Origin: Rhodospirillales bacterium
GTDB taxonomy: Bacteria > Pseudomonadota > Alphaproteobacteria > Bin95
Length of the DNA: 64,000 nucleotides
Assembly: GCA_038143065.1 (NCBI GenBank)
Contig: JAYQLI010000035.1
Location: 128,001 to 192,000, forward strand
Reading direction: 5' to 3'
A program made the position numbers and the translations under genes. The notes under the pieces were generated by a model. That model searched no databases. It saw only the letters and a list, made by a program, of their open reading frames with translations, and was not told the DNA's origin. Position 1 is the stretch's first letter. Every line of letters begins with the position of its first letter. Below are positions 1 to 11,410 of the stretch, piece by piece.

Positions 1-552
1 TTGAACAGAGCAGGGGGCATAAACATCATGCCCATCTGCACCCGCCAGACTTGTATGCAGCATCCCAATATTAACTGCATCATTTGTTGGGCTTGGATAT
101 TTTCTTAGTAAATTTTCAGGGACATGCCGGTTGGGGAAACTAAGGCCATTGATAGTAATTGTGGGTCCATTTTGGTTCTCAATTACTAGCGTCTCAGCAG
201 TTCTTGCTCCAAGATTTTTCACTTTTTCAGGTAAGTCTAGTTTGTCTGTTATTTTTGCTCGAGCGTCATGATTTCCTCGTATAATACAAACATATACGCC
301 TGCTTCTGATAGTCTTCTGAGCTCTCCTGACAGAAAACCCGCAGTTTTAATGGAGGTCTGCTCTCCATCATAAAGATCCCCTGCGATCAAAAGAGCATCG
401 ATATCTTCATCAAGACAAAGATTAACAATTTTTCGAAATGTTGATCGAGTTGCCGTTTCCACCTCTTCGGCGAGAGTTTGATTTCGCAGAGCTAGACTTT
501 TAAGTGGAGAGTCTAGGTGAATGTCTGCAGTGTGAACGAATCGAAAGGCCAT
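1..552 (-). CDS. Metallophosphoesterase, Mre11/SbcD/YhaO-like DNA repair exonuclease (3' end outside window)
   Basis: Own translation from ATG at 552: MAFRFVHTADIHLDSPLKSLALR..., later GDLYD and RGNHD motifs; absent from ORF track because it runs off the window edge. Confidence 0.85.
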   Translation of the reverse strand, partial: MAFRFVHTADIHLDSPLKSLALRNQTLAEEVETATRSTFRKIVNLCLDEDIDALLIAGDLYDGEQTSIKTAGFLSGELRRLSEAGVYVCIIRGNHDARAKITDKLDLPEKVKNLGARTAETLVIENQNGPTITINGLSFPNRHVPENLLRKYPSPTNDAVNIGMLHTSLAGADGHDVYAPCSVQ

Positions 553-561
553 GACTTAAGT

Positions 562-1848
562 TTATAGCGAATGCTCGATCCACGCTGCGTTTGGTAAAAG
601 TTTATCGTCACTATGCAGAGGGCCTAAAACCTGTAGCCCAAGGGGAAGACCTTCCGGCGTCTTAAACACCGGTAAAGTCACGCACGGAAGATGTAATGGT
701 GTCCAAATAGAGCCTATGGCTGCGGATCCTGTTGCTTCGATACCAATTGGTGCTGAACCTAATGTGCTAGCGGTCACGATCACATCTGTTTCATCAAATA
801 GGGTAGGTATCATTGTCATCGCACTACGCATGAAATTTAAACTCTCAAAGTAGCGCTCAGGTGTGCAGTTAAGCCCATCCGCTATACGGCCTTTTCTTAG
901 CTGAGGACTTATTTTTTCCCAGTGTATATCAATTTCAAATGCAAAATTTCTGGCAAATTCAAACGAGGAAATCCACCGATGCGCTTCAGGGAGATTTTTG
1001 AATTCGCTTGGTAATTCAATTTCCTTGACAGAGGCGCCCGCAACTCGCAATTGCTTAATAGCAGTCTCAATTTCTGATCTATAGAAACCATCTACTTCGT
1101 TCCACAAATGCGACCGGCAAAATGCAATTCGGGGAGGCTTAGGAGATATTTTAAAAGTGTTAGCCGGCCTGAGTAAAAGCAGGTCACGGACAAGCTGAAT
1201 GTCTTCCAAACTTCTAGTGATTAATCCAAGACGATCAAAAGTACCTGCCGCTTCTCTCACCCCGGACATTCGAAAATGACCCGTGGTAGGGTTGTAGCCA
1301 TGAACCCCACAAAATGCTGCTGGTCGGATTGTGGATTGAGTTGTCTGTGTTCCAAACGCTACTGGAACCATCCCTGCAGCAACTGCGGCTGCTGAGCCTG
1401 ACGATGACCCCCCGGGGGTTCTATTTGTATCAATTGGATTGCGTGTTTGGTTAGGAGTGAGGTTTGCAAACTCCGTTGTAACTGTTTTTCCCAGAAGTAC
1501 ACCGCCAGATCGTCTTGCAAGTGCAATACAACTTGCATCTGTCACAGGCTGGGCATTGGCATAAATTGCAGAGCCATAAGATGTTGGCATGTCATGGCTA
1601 TCTATTATGTCCTTTGCTGCAAAAGGAATGCCATGCAAAGCCCCTTTAGAAGAAAGTTGATCCAACTTTCGTGCTGTTTCTAGGGCGGATACATCAGCAA
1701 CATGAGCGAAGGCTTTAACTTCTTTATCAAGCTTATAAATTTGTTCTAGGCAATTTTGTAAAAGTGCTTCTGAAGTAAGTTCTCCACTTGCGATGGCTCG
1801 CGCGGCTTCTGAGGCAGTTAGGTTTGAAGGTTCCATTAAGCCAATCAT
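562..1848 (-). CDS. Amidase signature family enzyme
   Basis: GIPFAAKD, TPGGSSSGSAAAV, GTQT..SIRPAAFCG motifs. Confidence 0.9.
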   Translation of the reverse strand: MIGLMEPSNLTASEAARAIASGELTSEALLQNCLEQIYKLDKEVKAFAHVADVSALETARKLDQLSSKGALHGIPFAAKDIIDSHDMPTSYGSAIYANAQPVTDASCIALARRSGGVLLGKTVTTEFANLTPNQTRNPIDTNRTPGGSSSGSAAAVAAGMVPVAFGTQTTQSTIRPAAFCGVHGYNPTTGHFRMSGVREAAGTFDRLGLITRSLEDIQLVRDLLLLRPANTFKISPKPPRIAFCRSHLWNEVDGFYRSEIETAIKQLRVAGASVKEIELPSEFKNLPEAHRWISSFEFARNFAFEIDIHWEKISPQLRKGRIADGLNCTPERYFESLNFMRSAMTMIPTLFDETDVIVTASTLGSAPIGIEATGSAAIGSIWTPLHLPCVTLPVFKTPEGLPLGLQVLGPLHSDDKLLPNAAWIEHSL

Positions 1849-1913
1849 TTTTCAGGTTCTTAGGGTGTGGAGTGTTTCGCCAGTGCCTGGAAATCAGACA
1901 ATTCTGCTAGATA

Positions 1914-2492
1914 TTAGACCAAATCGAAATCAATGATACGGGCATCGATAGGATTGGTGTTTATTATTGCGTATGAAAGGCGACGGCCGTTGGTCATATC
2001 TCGAGCATCGCCAGTTGAACCCGGGTTTACCACGAGTGTACCATTAATTTCCTTCACAACTTGTCTATGAGTGTGCCCATATAAGACTACATCCGCATTC
2101 GTTTTCCCAAACTCACTTAGTTTAGGATGTTCTGGGATAATGTATGCACCGCGCGGTTCCCACGGTGTTGAATGGCAAAGGTGGGAGTCAATTCCATCCA
2201 ACTTCAATTGTTTTCGTAGAGGTTGAGCTGCTAGCCAGTCTGCAAGATTGTTATCTATTCCTGGTGCCGCTCGTGCACGAACTCCAGCGGGGCTAAAGAA
2301 TGCCTCTTCATGATTTCCTTGAATGACATGTGCACCTGAAGTTTTTAGGATTTCGACTACTTCGTTTGAGAAACGGTATTCGAATATTGAATCACCAAGG
2401 CAAAAAATTTCATCAACGTTGCCCATGAGTTTTATAGCCCGCTTTAAGGCTGGGGCATTGCAATGGATATCGGAAACCACACCGATACGCAT
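1914..2492 (-). CDS. YfcE/MJ0936-type metallophosphoesterase
   Basis: SDIH, LGD, GNHE, YGHTH, NPGS motifs. Confidence 0.85.
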   Translation of the reverse strand: MRIGVVSDIHCNAPALKRAIKLMGNVDEIFCLGDSIFEYRFSNEVVEILKTSGAHVIQGNHEEAFFSPAGVRARAAPGIDNNLADWLAAQPLRKQLKLDGIDSHLCHSTPWEPRGAYIIPEHPKLSEFGKTNADVVLYGHTHRQVVKEINGTLVVNPGSTGDARDMTNGRRLSYAIINTNPIDARIIDFDLV

Positions 2493-2496
2493 AAGA

Positions 2497-2883
2497 CTAG
2501 GAAACCCTTATCTTTGGAAAAGTAGCTGCTTCAATTCTGTGGCCATCGGGATCAACAATGAATGCTGCGAAGTATGGTGTAAGTTCAGCCTTTCGAACAC
2601 CAGGTGGGCCATCGCAGATTCCCCCATTGTTCAGAGCGGCGGCATGAAATTCAGCAACTGCACTTTCAGATTGTGCTCTAAGACAAATATGATTTCCTGA
2701 ACCAGGTTCTTGTTGAGATGAGAATGGACGAAGATTTATCCAAAATTCTGGATATGTCTTCCCAAAACCAACTGCAGAGGGTCTGGTTATAAATTCTTTT
2801 AGGCCTAGAGGAGCTAAAACCTTCTTATAGAAGGTTTTGCTCACAGTAATGTCTCGAACCTGAATTGAAACGTGATCTATCAT
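2497..2883 (-). CDS. VOC/glyoxalase family protein
   Basis: MIDHVSI..., HICLRA, DPDGHRIEA. Confidence 0.85.
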   Translation of the reverse strand: MIDHVSIQVRDITVSKTFYKKVLAPLGLKEFITRPSAVGFGKTYPEFWINLRPFSSQQEPGSGNHICLRAQSESAVAEFHAAALNNGGICDGPPGVRKAELTPYFAAFIVDPDGHRIEAATFPKIRVS

Positions 2884-3019
2884 AAAAACAGTTTAAATCT
2901 TTGTTTCAAAAACCGGAAGTTAATCGGGACCGTTAAACGGTTAAGTCAAATTTCGATAATTCACCTTTACTTATTTTATTTTTTGCGTTCTGTTGAATTT
3001 GCTTGCAGAGCGCACCGTT

Positions 3020-5619
3020 TCAGGTTTTTAGCGCTTTCGTTGCAATCTCAAAAACATCCCTTGATACGCCTTGCGTAGATGCAATTTCTTCAAGAGCATT
3101 GCGCATTTTTGATTGCCTACCTTCATCCATCCGTCTCCAACGTCCAAGAGGTGCGAGCATCCTGGCTGCGGTCTGAGGATTAATTTGATCAAGTGTAAGT
3201 GTCATCTCCGTATGAAAAGCGTACCCAGATCCGTCTTCCCTATGAAATTCTATAGGATTGGCTGCAACAAAGCCTCCAATTAGCGCACGTGCTTTATTTG
3301 GGTTGGAAAGTGTAAATGTAGGATCGCGCATTGCCTGACGTATGTCAGACAGTGCGGATGGTATGGGAGCTGTCGCAACCAACGAAAACCATTTGTCCAA
3401 TACATGAGTTTGCCCGTCATAATCTTCTCGAAAATTCTGCAATGCGATATCTCGAGCTCTGCCTGGCATGTCATTTAGCGCGCTTAGAGCTGCTATTTTA
3501 TCCGTCATATTGGTTGCATTGGAAGTAGCTTCTAGAGCTCGGCTGTCTCCATTAGGGAGGCGAGACAAATATGCTAAAACTGTTCCGGAGAGAGCACGTT
3601 TGCCTGCGGCTATAGCTGAGGGATTGAAATCCCCAGAATCCTGCATGTCATTCCAGATCACCTCTAATCTTTTTGAGTTGGCCAAAGCCAGGGTATTTCT
3701 GAGTGTTTGCCGCGCTGAAAATATTGCATCGAAATTTGCGATAGTCATCGCTTCTGCAACAGTTTCAACGCTGGGAAGTGTCATTAACAAGCTTCGAAAT
3801 GCTGGATCAATGTTTGGATCTTTAAGAATCTGCTCCCAGGCAGCTAAGAAGTCAGATGGTATCTGCGGCGCCCGATTAGCTTCTAATTCTTCGACCATCT
3901 TTATCAATATATCTTGGGCGAATGCTTGACCTGCTTCCCAGCGATTGAAAGCATCTTTGTCATGGGCCATTCGAAAACTTCTGTCAGAGTCGGTTTCCCT
4001 ATCATCAATTTTAACAGGTGAAGTGAAAGATCTATTGATTGAAATTACTGGTGTTGTCTTTAGTCCTTCAAACGTCCAGCTCTGTTTTTCTTGGCTTAGA
4101 ATTAAGACCTTCGAAACGATATCTTTTCCATCGGGTCCAATCAGACCAACTTCAATAGGCATTTCCATTGGCTCTTTTTTAGATTGCCCGGGTGTTGGTG
4201 GTATTTTCTGATGGATTGTTAATTCAAATATTCCATCTTGAAAATTTTTGGTCACATGAAGTGTTGGTGTTCCGGATTGACTATACCACCTCCGGAAAAG
4301 AGAGAGATTTTTGCCGCTAGCATCGGCCATTGCATCGATGAAGTCATCGCAAGTAGCTGCCGTTCCATCATGTCGCTCGAAATAGAGGTCTATGCCCTTT
4401 CTAAAGTCTTCCCAGCCAATTAGGTGAGAGAGCATCCGAATGACCTCTGCCCCCTTCTCATAAACAGTAGCTGTATAAAAATTATTAATCTCGATATAGC
4501 TATCTGGTCGAATTGGATGGGCGAGGGGACCTGCATCTTCCGGAAATTGTCGAGCACGAAGTTGCCGAACATCCTGAATGCGCTGAACTGGCTCTGATCT
4601 CATGTCAGCAGAAAATTGCTGATCTCTGAAGACCGTTAGGCCTTCTTTTAGTGAAAGCTGGAACCAGTCACGGCAGGTTACTCGATTTCCAGTCCAATTA
4701 TGAAAGTATTCGTGGGCCACTACGCTTTCTATGAAAGAGTAGTCATTATCAGTCGCTGTTAATGGATTAGCTAAAATGTACTTGGCGTTGAAAATATTTA
4801 GACTTTTGTTTTCCATTGCTCCCATGTTGAAGTCTGAAATAGCTACGATGTTAAATTGATTTAGGTCATATTCGAGACCATAAACTTCCTCTTCCCAGGC
4901 CATTGAACGCTTCAACGCATCCATTGCGTAGTCGGTCTTATCGATTTGATCGTGTTCGGTCCAAATTGCGAGATCAACAAGCTTGCCAGACTTCGTTGTA
5001 AAAGTATCAGAGGTCTTTCCAAGGTCTCCAGCTACCAGAGCAAAAAGGTAGCTAGGTTTTTTATGTGGATCGCGCCAGCGTGCAAAATGACGACCATCGG
5101 ATAGATCACCTGATGCAATTAGATCGCCATTTGATAAAAGCACGGGCGCCTCTGCTTTAGGTGCACGTATTTCGACTTCGAAAGAGGCCATAACATCCGG
5201 CCGGTCTAAAAAATATGTAATGCGGCGGAAACCTTCAGCTTCACACTGGGTGCAATAAATGCCGTTGGATAGATAAAGACCTTCCAGACGGGTGTTCTCT
5301 TGTGGTGAAATTGCTACCCTTGTTGATAGTGTAAAATCATGAATGGGAGGGGATAGTAATGTAAGACCCTCGCTATCAACGACATAGTCGCTCTCTGGCA
5401 ATTGATCATCATCAACTGCAATCTCAAGCAAATTTAGGTCTTCCCCATCAAGCCTAAGTTGTTGACCAACACTTTCATTTTTCCATGGTTGGAACCTTAA
5501 TTTTGCGATTACCTCAGTTCCTGTTGGGGTTAGGTCAAACTCTAAGTTAACCGAAGATATGCCGTAGGAAGGGGGGTATAATCTTCACGACGAATTTCGA
5601 CTGGTGTTTCGGTACGCAT
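3020..5619 (-). CDS. pepN: Aminopeptidase N (M1); true start at 5619, apparent -1 indel in G6 run at 5571-5576
   Basis: GAMENK and HEYFHNW motifs; upstream frame reads MRTETPVEIRREDY..., and joins if one C is added in the homopolymer. Confidence 0.93.
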
Positions 5620-5759
5620 AGCTAAATTTCCTTAGCAGCTGATATTGAATTTGACGTTGAACCGCTCATGGAAGGCTTTCTGCATTAAAAGTCACAGGTC
5701 GCCTTAATTTTATTCAAAAGGGAGATGCCTTGAGCTAGGAGAACACTTCTTAAGTACAC

Positions 5760-6452
5760 TTAGCTAACCAATGTTAGAAAACGATAAATTTCGTCAAGTT
5801 CTGCTTTTCTGTAACTGAGACGAAGTTGAGCCTCAGCGTCTTCACCCCATTCTTGTAGCTGAAACTGGTCATCAATGTGTGCGGCTAGAAAAGCATCTGT
5901 CGCGTCAATCGCGTAATTTGTCATTGCAAGAGCTATAACTACAGAGCCTGTAAGATCGGCTACTGAGTGAGCTGATGTAAGACGGAAATTATCCAGAGAT
6001 CTAAGAGCTTCAACTACACAGGAAGTGGTTTCTTTCGGCTGTTCAACTGGCATGATGCCATCTGTGATAACGAAGTGCTTTCCGTAATGACCTTTAAACC
6101 AGTCAAGTAGGGGATCCCAGCTAGAGCTTTGACGTTTTTTAAGAGCTTCTGGTGCCGCTGCGCGGTAACAGAGTAAATCGGTCTCTGCAAATTTTGCTGT
6201 GGCCTGAATGAAGTGCTCTGAATCAGGTGCCACTCGGTCGCAGGCGGCATAGGCTAAAGCCGTCATGGGCATTTCGGTAATTTCAAGTTTCTCAGCTTGT
6301 CCGTTCCATTCTGCCGCCGAAGCCTCGGCCAAAGCTAATGTTGGGAATTTTAGTAAATTGCGGTTTGGAGTGCGCACTGGTTTGCCGTCTAGGTGTACCT
6401 CGTACTCTTCATCGCTCAGGTGAGTAGAGGCAGATTTGTAAAAACGTTTCAT
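5760..6452 (-). CDS. ATP12-family chaperone (ATP synthase F1 assembly factor-like)
   Basis: MKRFYK..., LDGKPVRTP, ETDLLCYRA, QLQEWGED; conserved alphaproteobacterial context. Confidence 0.88.
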   Translation of the reverse strand: MKRFYKSASTHLSDEEYEVHLDGKPVRTPNRNLLKFPTLALAEASAAEWNGQAEKLEITEMPMTALAYAACDRVAPDSEHFIQATAKFAETDLLCYRAAAPEALKKRQSSSWDPLLDWFKGHYGKHFVITDGIMPVEQPKETTSCVVEALRSLDNFRLTSAHSVADLTGSVVIALAMTNYAIDATDAFLAAHIDDQFQLQEWGEDAEAQLRLSYRKAELDEIYRFLTLVS

Positions 6453-6454
6453 CC

Positions 6455-7123
6455 TCAGCACCCCAAAATTTTAATCACTGCCGAAGGAGCTTGCTCGTAT
6501 GAGTTTATGATCTCGGCGGCGCCATAGATCTTTAATTCTTCTGGTGGGTGGTAGCCCCAGGCAACACCAATTGATGAAACTCCCGCTGCTTTCGCCATTG
6601 CCATATCATGGCTCGTATCTCCAAGCATTATCGTACAATCATCAGAGGCACCTAGTTCTGCCATAACATCTAGAAGAATTTTCGGGTTCGGCTTGCTTGG
6701 ACCATCGTCCGCTGTTTTTAAAACTGCAAAGCGATCCCGGAGGTTGTGGCGCTCCAGCGTAAGCTCGAGACCTCTTCGTCCTTTACCTGTTGCGATTGCT
6801 AAAAGAATTCCAGCTTCTGCAATTTTGTCTAGGGCATTCACAGCACCGGGAAACAATGGTTCCTCGTATTCCGGATCTGTTAGCAGACTTCTATAAGAAT
6901 CACGAAAGTTCTCGGTAAGCCGTAAGAGTTGTTCAGGATCAGTTTCTTCAGGAGCTACAGCAGCTACTGCGTTAGGTAGAGCAAGTCCAACTGAACGCCG
7001 GGTAGCAGCAGCCGAGGGAGGCGATAGGCCTATATCTTCGAATGCCATTTCCATCGCTCTAATTATGCGGCGCTGGCTATCAACGAGAGTGCCATCGCAG
7101 TCAAACACTGCAAGGTAGGTCAT
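6455..7123 (-). CDS. HAD-IA hydrolase (phosphoglycolate phosphatase-like)
   Basis: FDCDGTLVDS, ATGK, SKPNP, MLGDT..D. Confidence 0.88.
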   Translation of the reverse strand: MTYLAVFDCDGTLVDSQRRIIRAMEMAFEDIGLSPPSAAATRRSVGLALPNAVAAVAPEETDPEQLLRLTENFRDSYRSLLTDPEYEEPLFPGAVNALDKIAEAGILLAIATGKGRRGLELTLERHNLRDRFAVLKTADDGPSKPNPKILLDVMAELGASDDCTIMLGDTSHDMAMAKAAGVSSIGVAWGYHPPEELKIYGAAEIINSYEQAPSAVIKILGC

Positions 7124-8117
7124 CGACCTGCCTCAATAAAAGGATCTCGCAGCTCGGATGGGTTAAAATTAAAGGTCAATAAAGCCTCAGTGAAGGCTTT
7201 AGGCGGGTCAGCCTCTATAAATAAACGTCCTTTGCCACATGGGTGGGGTAGATCCAAACTACGCGCATGAAGAAGCATGCCGCGCGGTAGTGACATCCCT
7301 GGTAATATAGACTTCTCACCGCCATATTTTCCGTCTCCCAATATAGGATGGCCAATTGCGGCCATGTGTGCTCTCAGCTGATGGGTGCGACCTGTTAAGG
7401 GCATCATCGCTACCAAACTGGCAAAGCGGCCAGCCTTTTCTAGAACGGCGTAGTCGGTTGATGCTTTATCTCCACGTTCTTGGTCATCCCAGACCATGCG
7501 CTCAGAACCCCGAGAACCCGCTTTTTTGAGTGCCAGATCTATACGTCCACGCTCCACTTTGGGTACCCCGGCGATTATTGCCCAATATACCTTTCTCGCT
7601 GACCGGTCTCTGAAAGATTTAGCCAGAGATGCTGCAGATTTACTGGTTTTGGCTAATAGCAAAACGCCGGATGTATCCCGATCCAACCTATGTACCAGTT
7701 TGGGACGCTCATGATCATCGGCTAGCGCAGCCATTAACCCGTCCACATGTCTTGAGGTGCCAGTACCGCCCTGGCTAGCTAATCCAGACGGCTTATTGAT
7801 GGCAACCGCCATGATATCTTCATAAATGATACTTGCCTGTATCATCGCGAGATCTTCAGGATTAGCTGTGATCTTTTTAGGCTTCGGAATTCGGCTGTTC
7901 TCGTTTGTATCCAGTCCCATCGGGGGACACGCACATTCTGACCTGATAACAACCTATCAGCTGTTTTTACTCTTTTTCCATCGACACGAATTTGGCCCGT
8001 TCTCGTCAACTTCTGCAGCCGGCTATGAGGCAAGTTAGGAAAGTGTTTCTTAAACCATCGATCTAGACGAAGGCCATCTTCATCAGCCGACACACTCTTG
8101 TTTTCGACACCAGTCAC
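7120..8117 (-). CDS. rluC: RluA/RluC family pseudouridine synthase (split by indel in G run near 7922-7926)
   Basis: S4-like N-terminus GLRLDRWF..RTGQIRVDG in ORF 7842-8117; HRLDRDTSG and TGRTHQLR in ORF 7120-7920. Confidence 0.85.
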
Positions 8118-8503
8118 GTGAGCCCCCGCAGTAATTTTTCGCCAATTACAAATCCGGTAAGGCCCAATGCCACAGATAGAAAGATATACACAGCAAATTG
8201 TATGGTCTCACCTCTTTGCCAGAGGCTTATGGCTTCGAGGGAAAAACTGGAGAAAGTGGTAAAACCACCCAACACACCAACACCTATAAGTAATCGAATT
8301 TGCTCGGCTTCTTTGCTGTCACCGATTAATCCCATCGCGGCAGCCCCAACTAATGCACCCATTAGAAGAGAGCCCGTCAAATTGCAAAGCATTGTGCCCC
8401 ATGGAAAGCCGAACCCAAATATCTTTGAGGCGGCAAGACCAAAACCATAACGGAGCCCCGCGCCTAGGCTTCCCCCTATCATTACAAGTAGCAAAGCTTT
8501 CAC
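8114..8503 (-). CDS. crcB: Fluoride channel Fluc/CrcB
   Basis: GGSLGAGLRY, FPWGT, GGFTTFSSF signature. Confidence 0.93.
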   Translation of the reverse strand: MKALLLVMIGGSLGAGLRYGFGLAASKIFGFGFPWGTMLCNLTGSLLMGALVGAAAMGLIGDSKEAEQIRLLIGVGVLGGFTTFSSFSLEAISLWQRGETIQFAVYIFLSVALGLTGFVIGEKLLRGLT

Positions 8504-9813
8504 TTGTCTTTATCTTCTCTTTTATCTCGGAGTTTGGCCCAGTAAGAAAGACGCTTTATTGCCTCCCGTTCGAAGCCACGCTCTACCGGTTTATAGAAAA
8601 CCGCGCGTTCCATTCCATCGGGGAAATAGTTCTGTCCCGAAAAGCCTTCCTCTTGGTTGTGATCGTAGGCATACCCCTCGGAGTAACCTAGCTCCTCTAG
8701 AAGTTTTGTAGGAGCATTTAATATATGTTTAGGAGGCATCAGTGAACCGTTAGCCTTGGCTGCTTGCATCGCAGCATTAAAGGCTGTGTATATCGCATTC
8801 GATTTAGGGGCTAGAGCTAAATAAACCACGGCTTCAGCGAGTGCTAACTCTCCCTCCGGTGAGCCAAGGCGTTCGTAATGTTCCCAAGCCGCAAGTGCTA
8901 AAGGCAAAGCTTGTGGGTCTGCAAGGCCTATATCTTCTGCAGCAAATCTAGCTATGCGACGAGCAATATACTTGGGATCTTCGCCACCAGATAACATACG
9001 AGCCAGCCAATACAGAGCAGCGTCCGGGTCTGAGCCTCGCATAGATTTATGTAAAGCTGAGATAAGATTGTAATGGCTTTCTTGAGCTTTGTCGTAGACG
9101 GGGGATCGTTTTTGTATCACTCGACTGAGGCCAGCACTATCTAGTATCGGCGTGCTTGGGAGGTAAATCAGTTCCTCAACAAGGTTGAGGAGGTAACGCC
9201 CATCGCCATCTGCTAATTCTTTCAAAGATTTTCGGGCGCTTGTGTCAATTGGTAATGGAGATTTTGAAACATCTTCTGCTTTTGAGATTAATGTTTCCAA
9301 AGCTTTGTCGGAAAGCCGCGATAATACCAAGACTTGGCATCTTGAGAGTAATGCCGCGTTCAATTCGAATGATGGGTTTTCTGTGGTTGCCCCGACCAAT
9401 ACAACGATGCCCTCCTCCACAACAGGTAAGAAAGCGTCCTGTTGGGAACGATTAAATCGGTGTATTTCGTCTACAAATAAAAGTGTGCCACGACCTAACT
9501 CTCTACGACTACGGGCGTCATCAAAAGCTTTTCTCAGGTCAGCAACACCTGAAAAAACAGCGGAAAGGGATACAAACTCAAGATCTGTCTCTACCGCTAG
9601 CAAGCGAGCGATTGTTGTCTTTCCGCAACCTGGTGGCCCCCAAAAAATCAGAGAGGCTAGCCTCCCATTTTTTAGCATTCTGGTTAGAGGCGCGTTCTCT
9701 CCCAATAAGTCATCCTGACCAACGACCTCGGATAAAGATTTAGGTCTTAGTCGTTCTGCAAGTGGTTTTGTGCTTGCTCCAGCTATTCCGGCAGCTTCGA
9801 AGAGATTAGACAC
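8500..9813 (-). CDS. rarA: Replication-associated recombination protein A (AAA+)
   Basis: PLAERLRP, GPPGCGKTT, DEIHRFN, ISALHKSMRGSD. Confidence 0.95.
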   Translation of the reverse strand: MSNLFEAAGIAGASTKPLAERLRPKSLSEVVGQDDLLGENAPLTRMLKNGRLASLIFWGPPGCGKTTIARLLAVETDLEFVSLSAVFSGVADLRKAFDDARSRRELGRGTLLFVDEIHRFNRSQQDAFLPVVEEGIVVLVGATTENPSFELNAALLSRCQVLVLSRLSDKALETLISKAEDVSKSPLPIDTSARKSLKELADGDGRYLLNLVEELIYLPSTPILDSAGLSRVIQKRSPVYDKAQESHYNLISALHKSMRGSDPDAALYWLARMLSGGEDPKYIARRIARFAAEDIGLADPQALPLALAAWEHYERLGSPEGELALAEAVVYLALAPKSNAIYTAFNAAMQAAKANGSLMPPKHILNAPTKLLEELGYSEGYAYDHNQEEGFSGQNYFPDGMERAVFYKPVERGFEREAIKRLSYWAKLRDKREDKDK

Positions 9814-9816
9814 GAT

Positions 9817-11230
9817 CTAACCAACCTCCAGAGAGATTTGTCTCCCTCCTCTTAAGATAACTATCTTCCATGTTCTCGGACGAGTTTTTGCTGAGGTAAT
9901 TAGGTCCTGCACGCGACGAATATCTTGACCGTTGATTGACGTGATTACATCTCCTGACGGAGGCCAAGTCTTCGGGCAAATCCACGGCTAAGAAGCCGCA
10001 AGACCACGACGCCACCACCTCGTATGCTGAGGTTAAACTCTTCTTTGATTGCGGGTGATAAATTCGCTACTTCGGCTCCATCAATAGGAGAGCCTTCTTG
10101 AATGACAGTTATATTTCGAGGTGGGTCTTCTGGCGGAGCCTCAAGTCTCACTTTAGTATGAAGGGTCTCGCCCGCTCGCCAAAAGTCAAATTCTACACTG
10201 CTGCCAATTGGTTTGGTTGAAACTCTGAAACGCAACTCCAGAGGATCTTCAATTGGCTTGCCGTCAACTGCTAGCACCACATCGCCCTGCTTTAAACCGG
10301 CCTTCATCAAAGAACCGCCTTCACTTAAAGAGTCGATTAAAACTCCCCGTGGTGGTGATAGTCCAATGGCCTCGCCAATTTCGGCAGTTACTTCTTGGCC
10401 GTGAGCTCCCAGCCAAGGACGAACAATGCGCCCCCATCTTTGGCGGCTTGAACCATACGAGTTACTAAGCTTGAAGGAATAGCAAAGCCAATCCCAAGGC
10501 TGCCTCCAGATTTTGAGTAAATTGCCGTGTTAACTCCAACAACGCGACCTCGCATATCTACCAAAGCACCCCCAGAATTACCTGGGTTAATGGCAGCATC
10601 AGTCTGAATAAAAACACCAAAATCTGTTAGCCCACGGCGCGAACGAGCAAGAGCAGAAACAATTCCACTTGTCACTGTCTGCCCAACGCCGAAGGGATTT
10701 CCAATCGCTATTACAAGGTCTCCAACTTGGATTGTGTCTTCTGGGGCAAGAATCGCAGACGGTATTGTTGAGCCCTCTGTGTTTATCCTGAGTACGGCTA
10801 AGTCCGATCTTTCGTCCTCTTGTAGGACTTCTGCTTCAAATTCACGTCGATCATTCAGAACCACGCGTATTTGATCTGCTCCTTCGATAACATGTCGATT
10901 GGTGACGATGATGCCACTCCTATCAACTATAACGCCTGAACCAAGAGAGCTCTCTTCGCGTTCTCTTGTACGACCACCCGGGAAACGGTCACTAAAAAAT
11001 TGCCTAAAGAAAGGATCGTTGAATAGAGGTGAAACACGTCGCTCCCTCACGATAGTCCGCGTAAATATGTTTACTACGGCGGGCGCAACACGCTGGACTA
11101 AAGGAGCAAATGACAGCTGAACTTCCGCCTGAGTTGACGGAACTGACCGAGTTTCAGCCGAAGCTACCGAGCTTACAAAGTGAAGCGCGATAAATGCGGT
11201 GATTAAGCAAGTTTTGAACAACAATCCCAT
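9817..11230 (-). CDS. DegP/DegQ (Do) periplasmic serine protease with two PDZ domains (split by 2-3 indels)
   Basis: Signal peptide, TNRHV, SDLAVL, AAINPGNSGG; PDZ segments in ORF 9945-10310 and in a third frame ending at TAG 9817-9819. Confidence 0.88.
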
Positions 11231-11410
11231 ATCGGTTTGTGTCTTCTCAAAATCTAGGATGAATAAGAAAAATGACGGTATTAGAGTTTATCAGGCCAGC
11301 ATTGGAGAGATATTAAACCTCGTTTTGGCTGAATCCTATTAATTTCATTTTAGAGAGGGTCAGACAGGAGAGTTTTCTACCTAAATTTTCCTTGGTTTCA
11401 TGGTGTCCAC

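Noticed and set aside
2915-2945. CtrA box TTAA-N7-TTAA
   Set aside because: Spacings are not 7 nt
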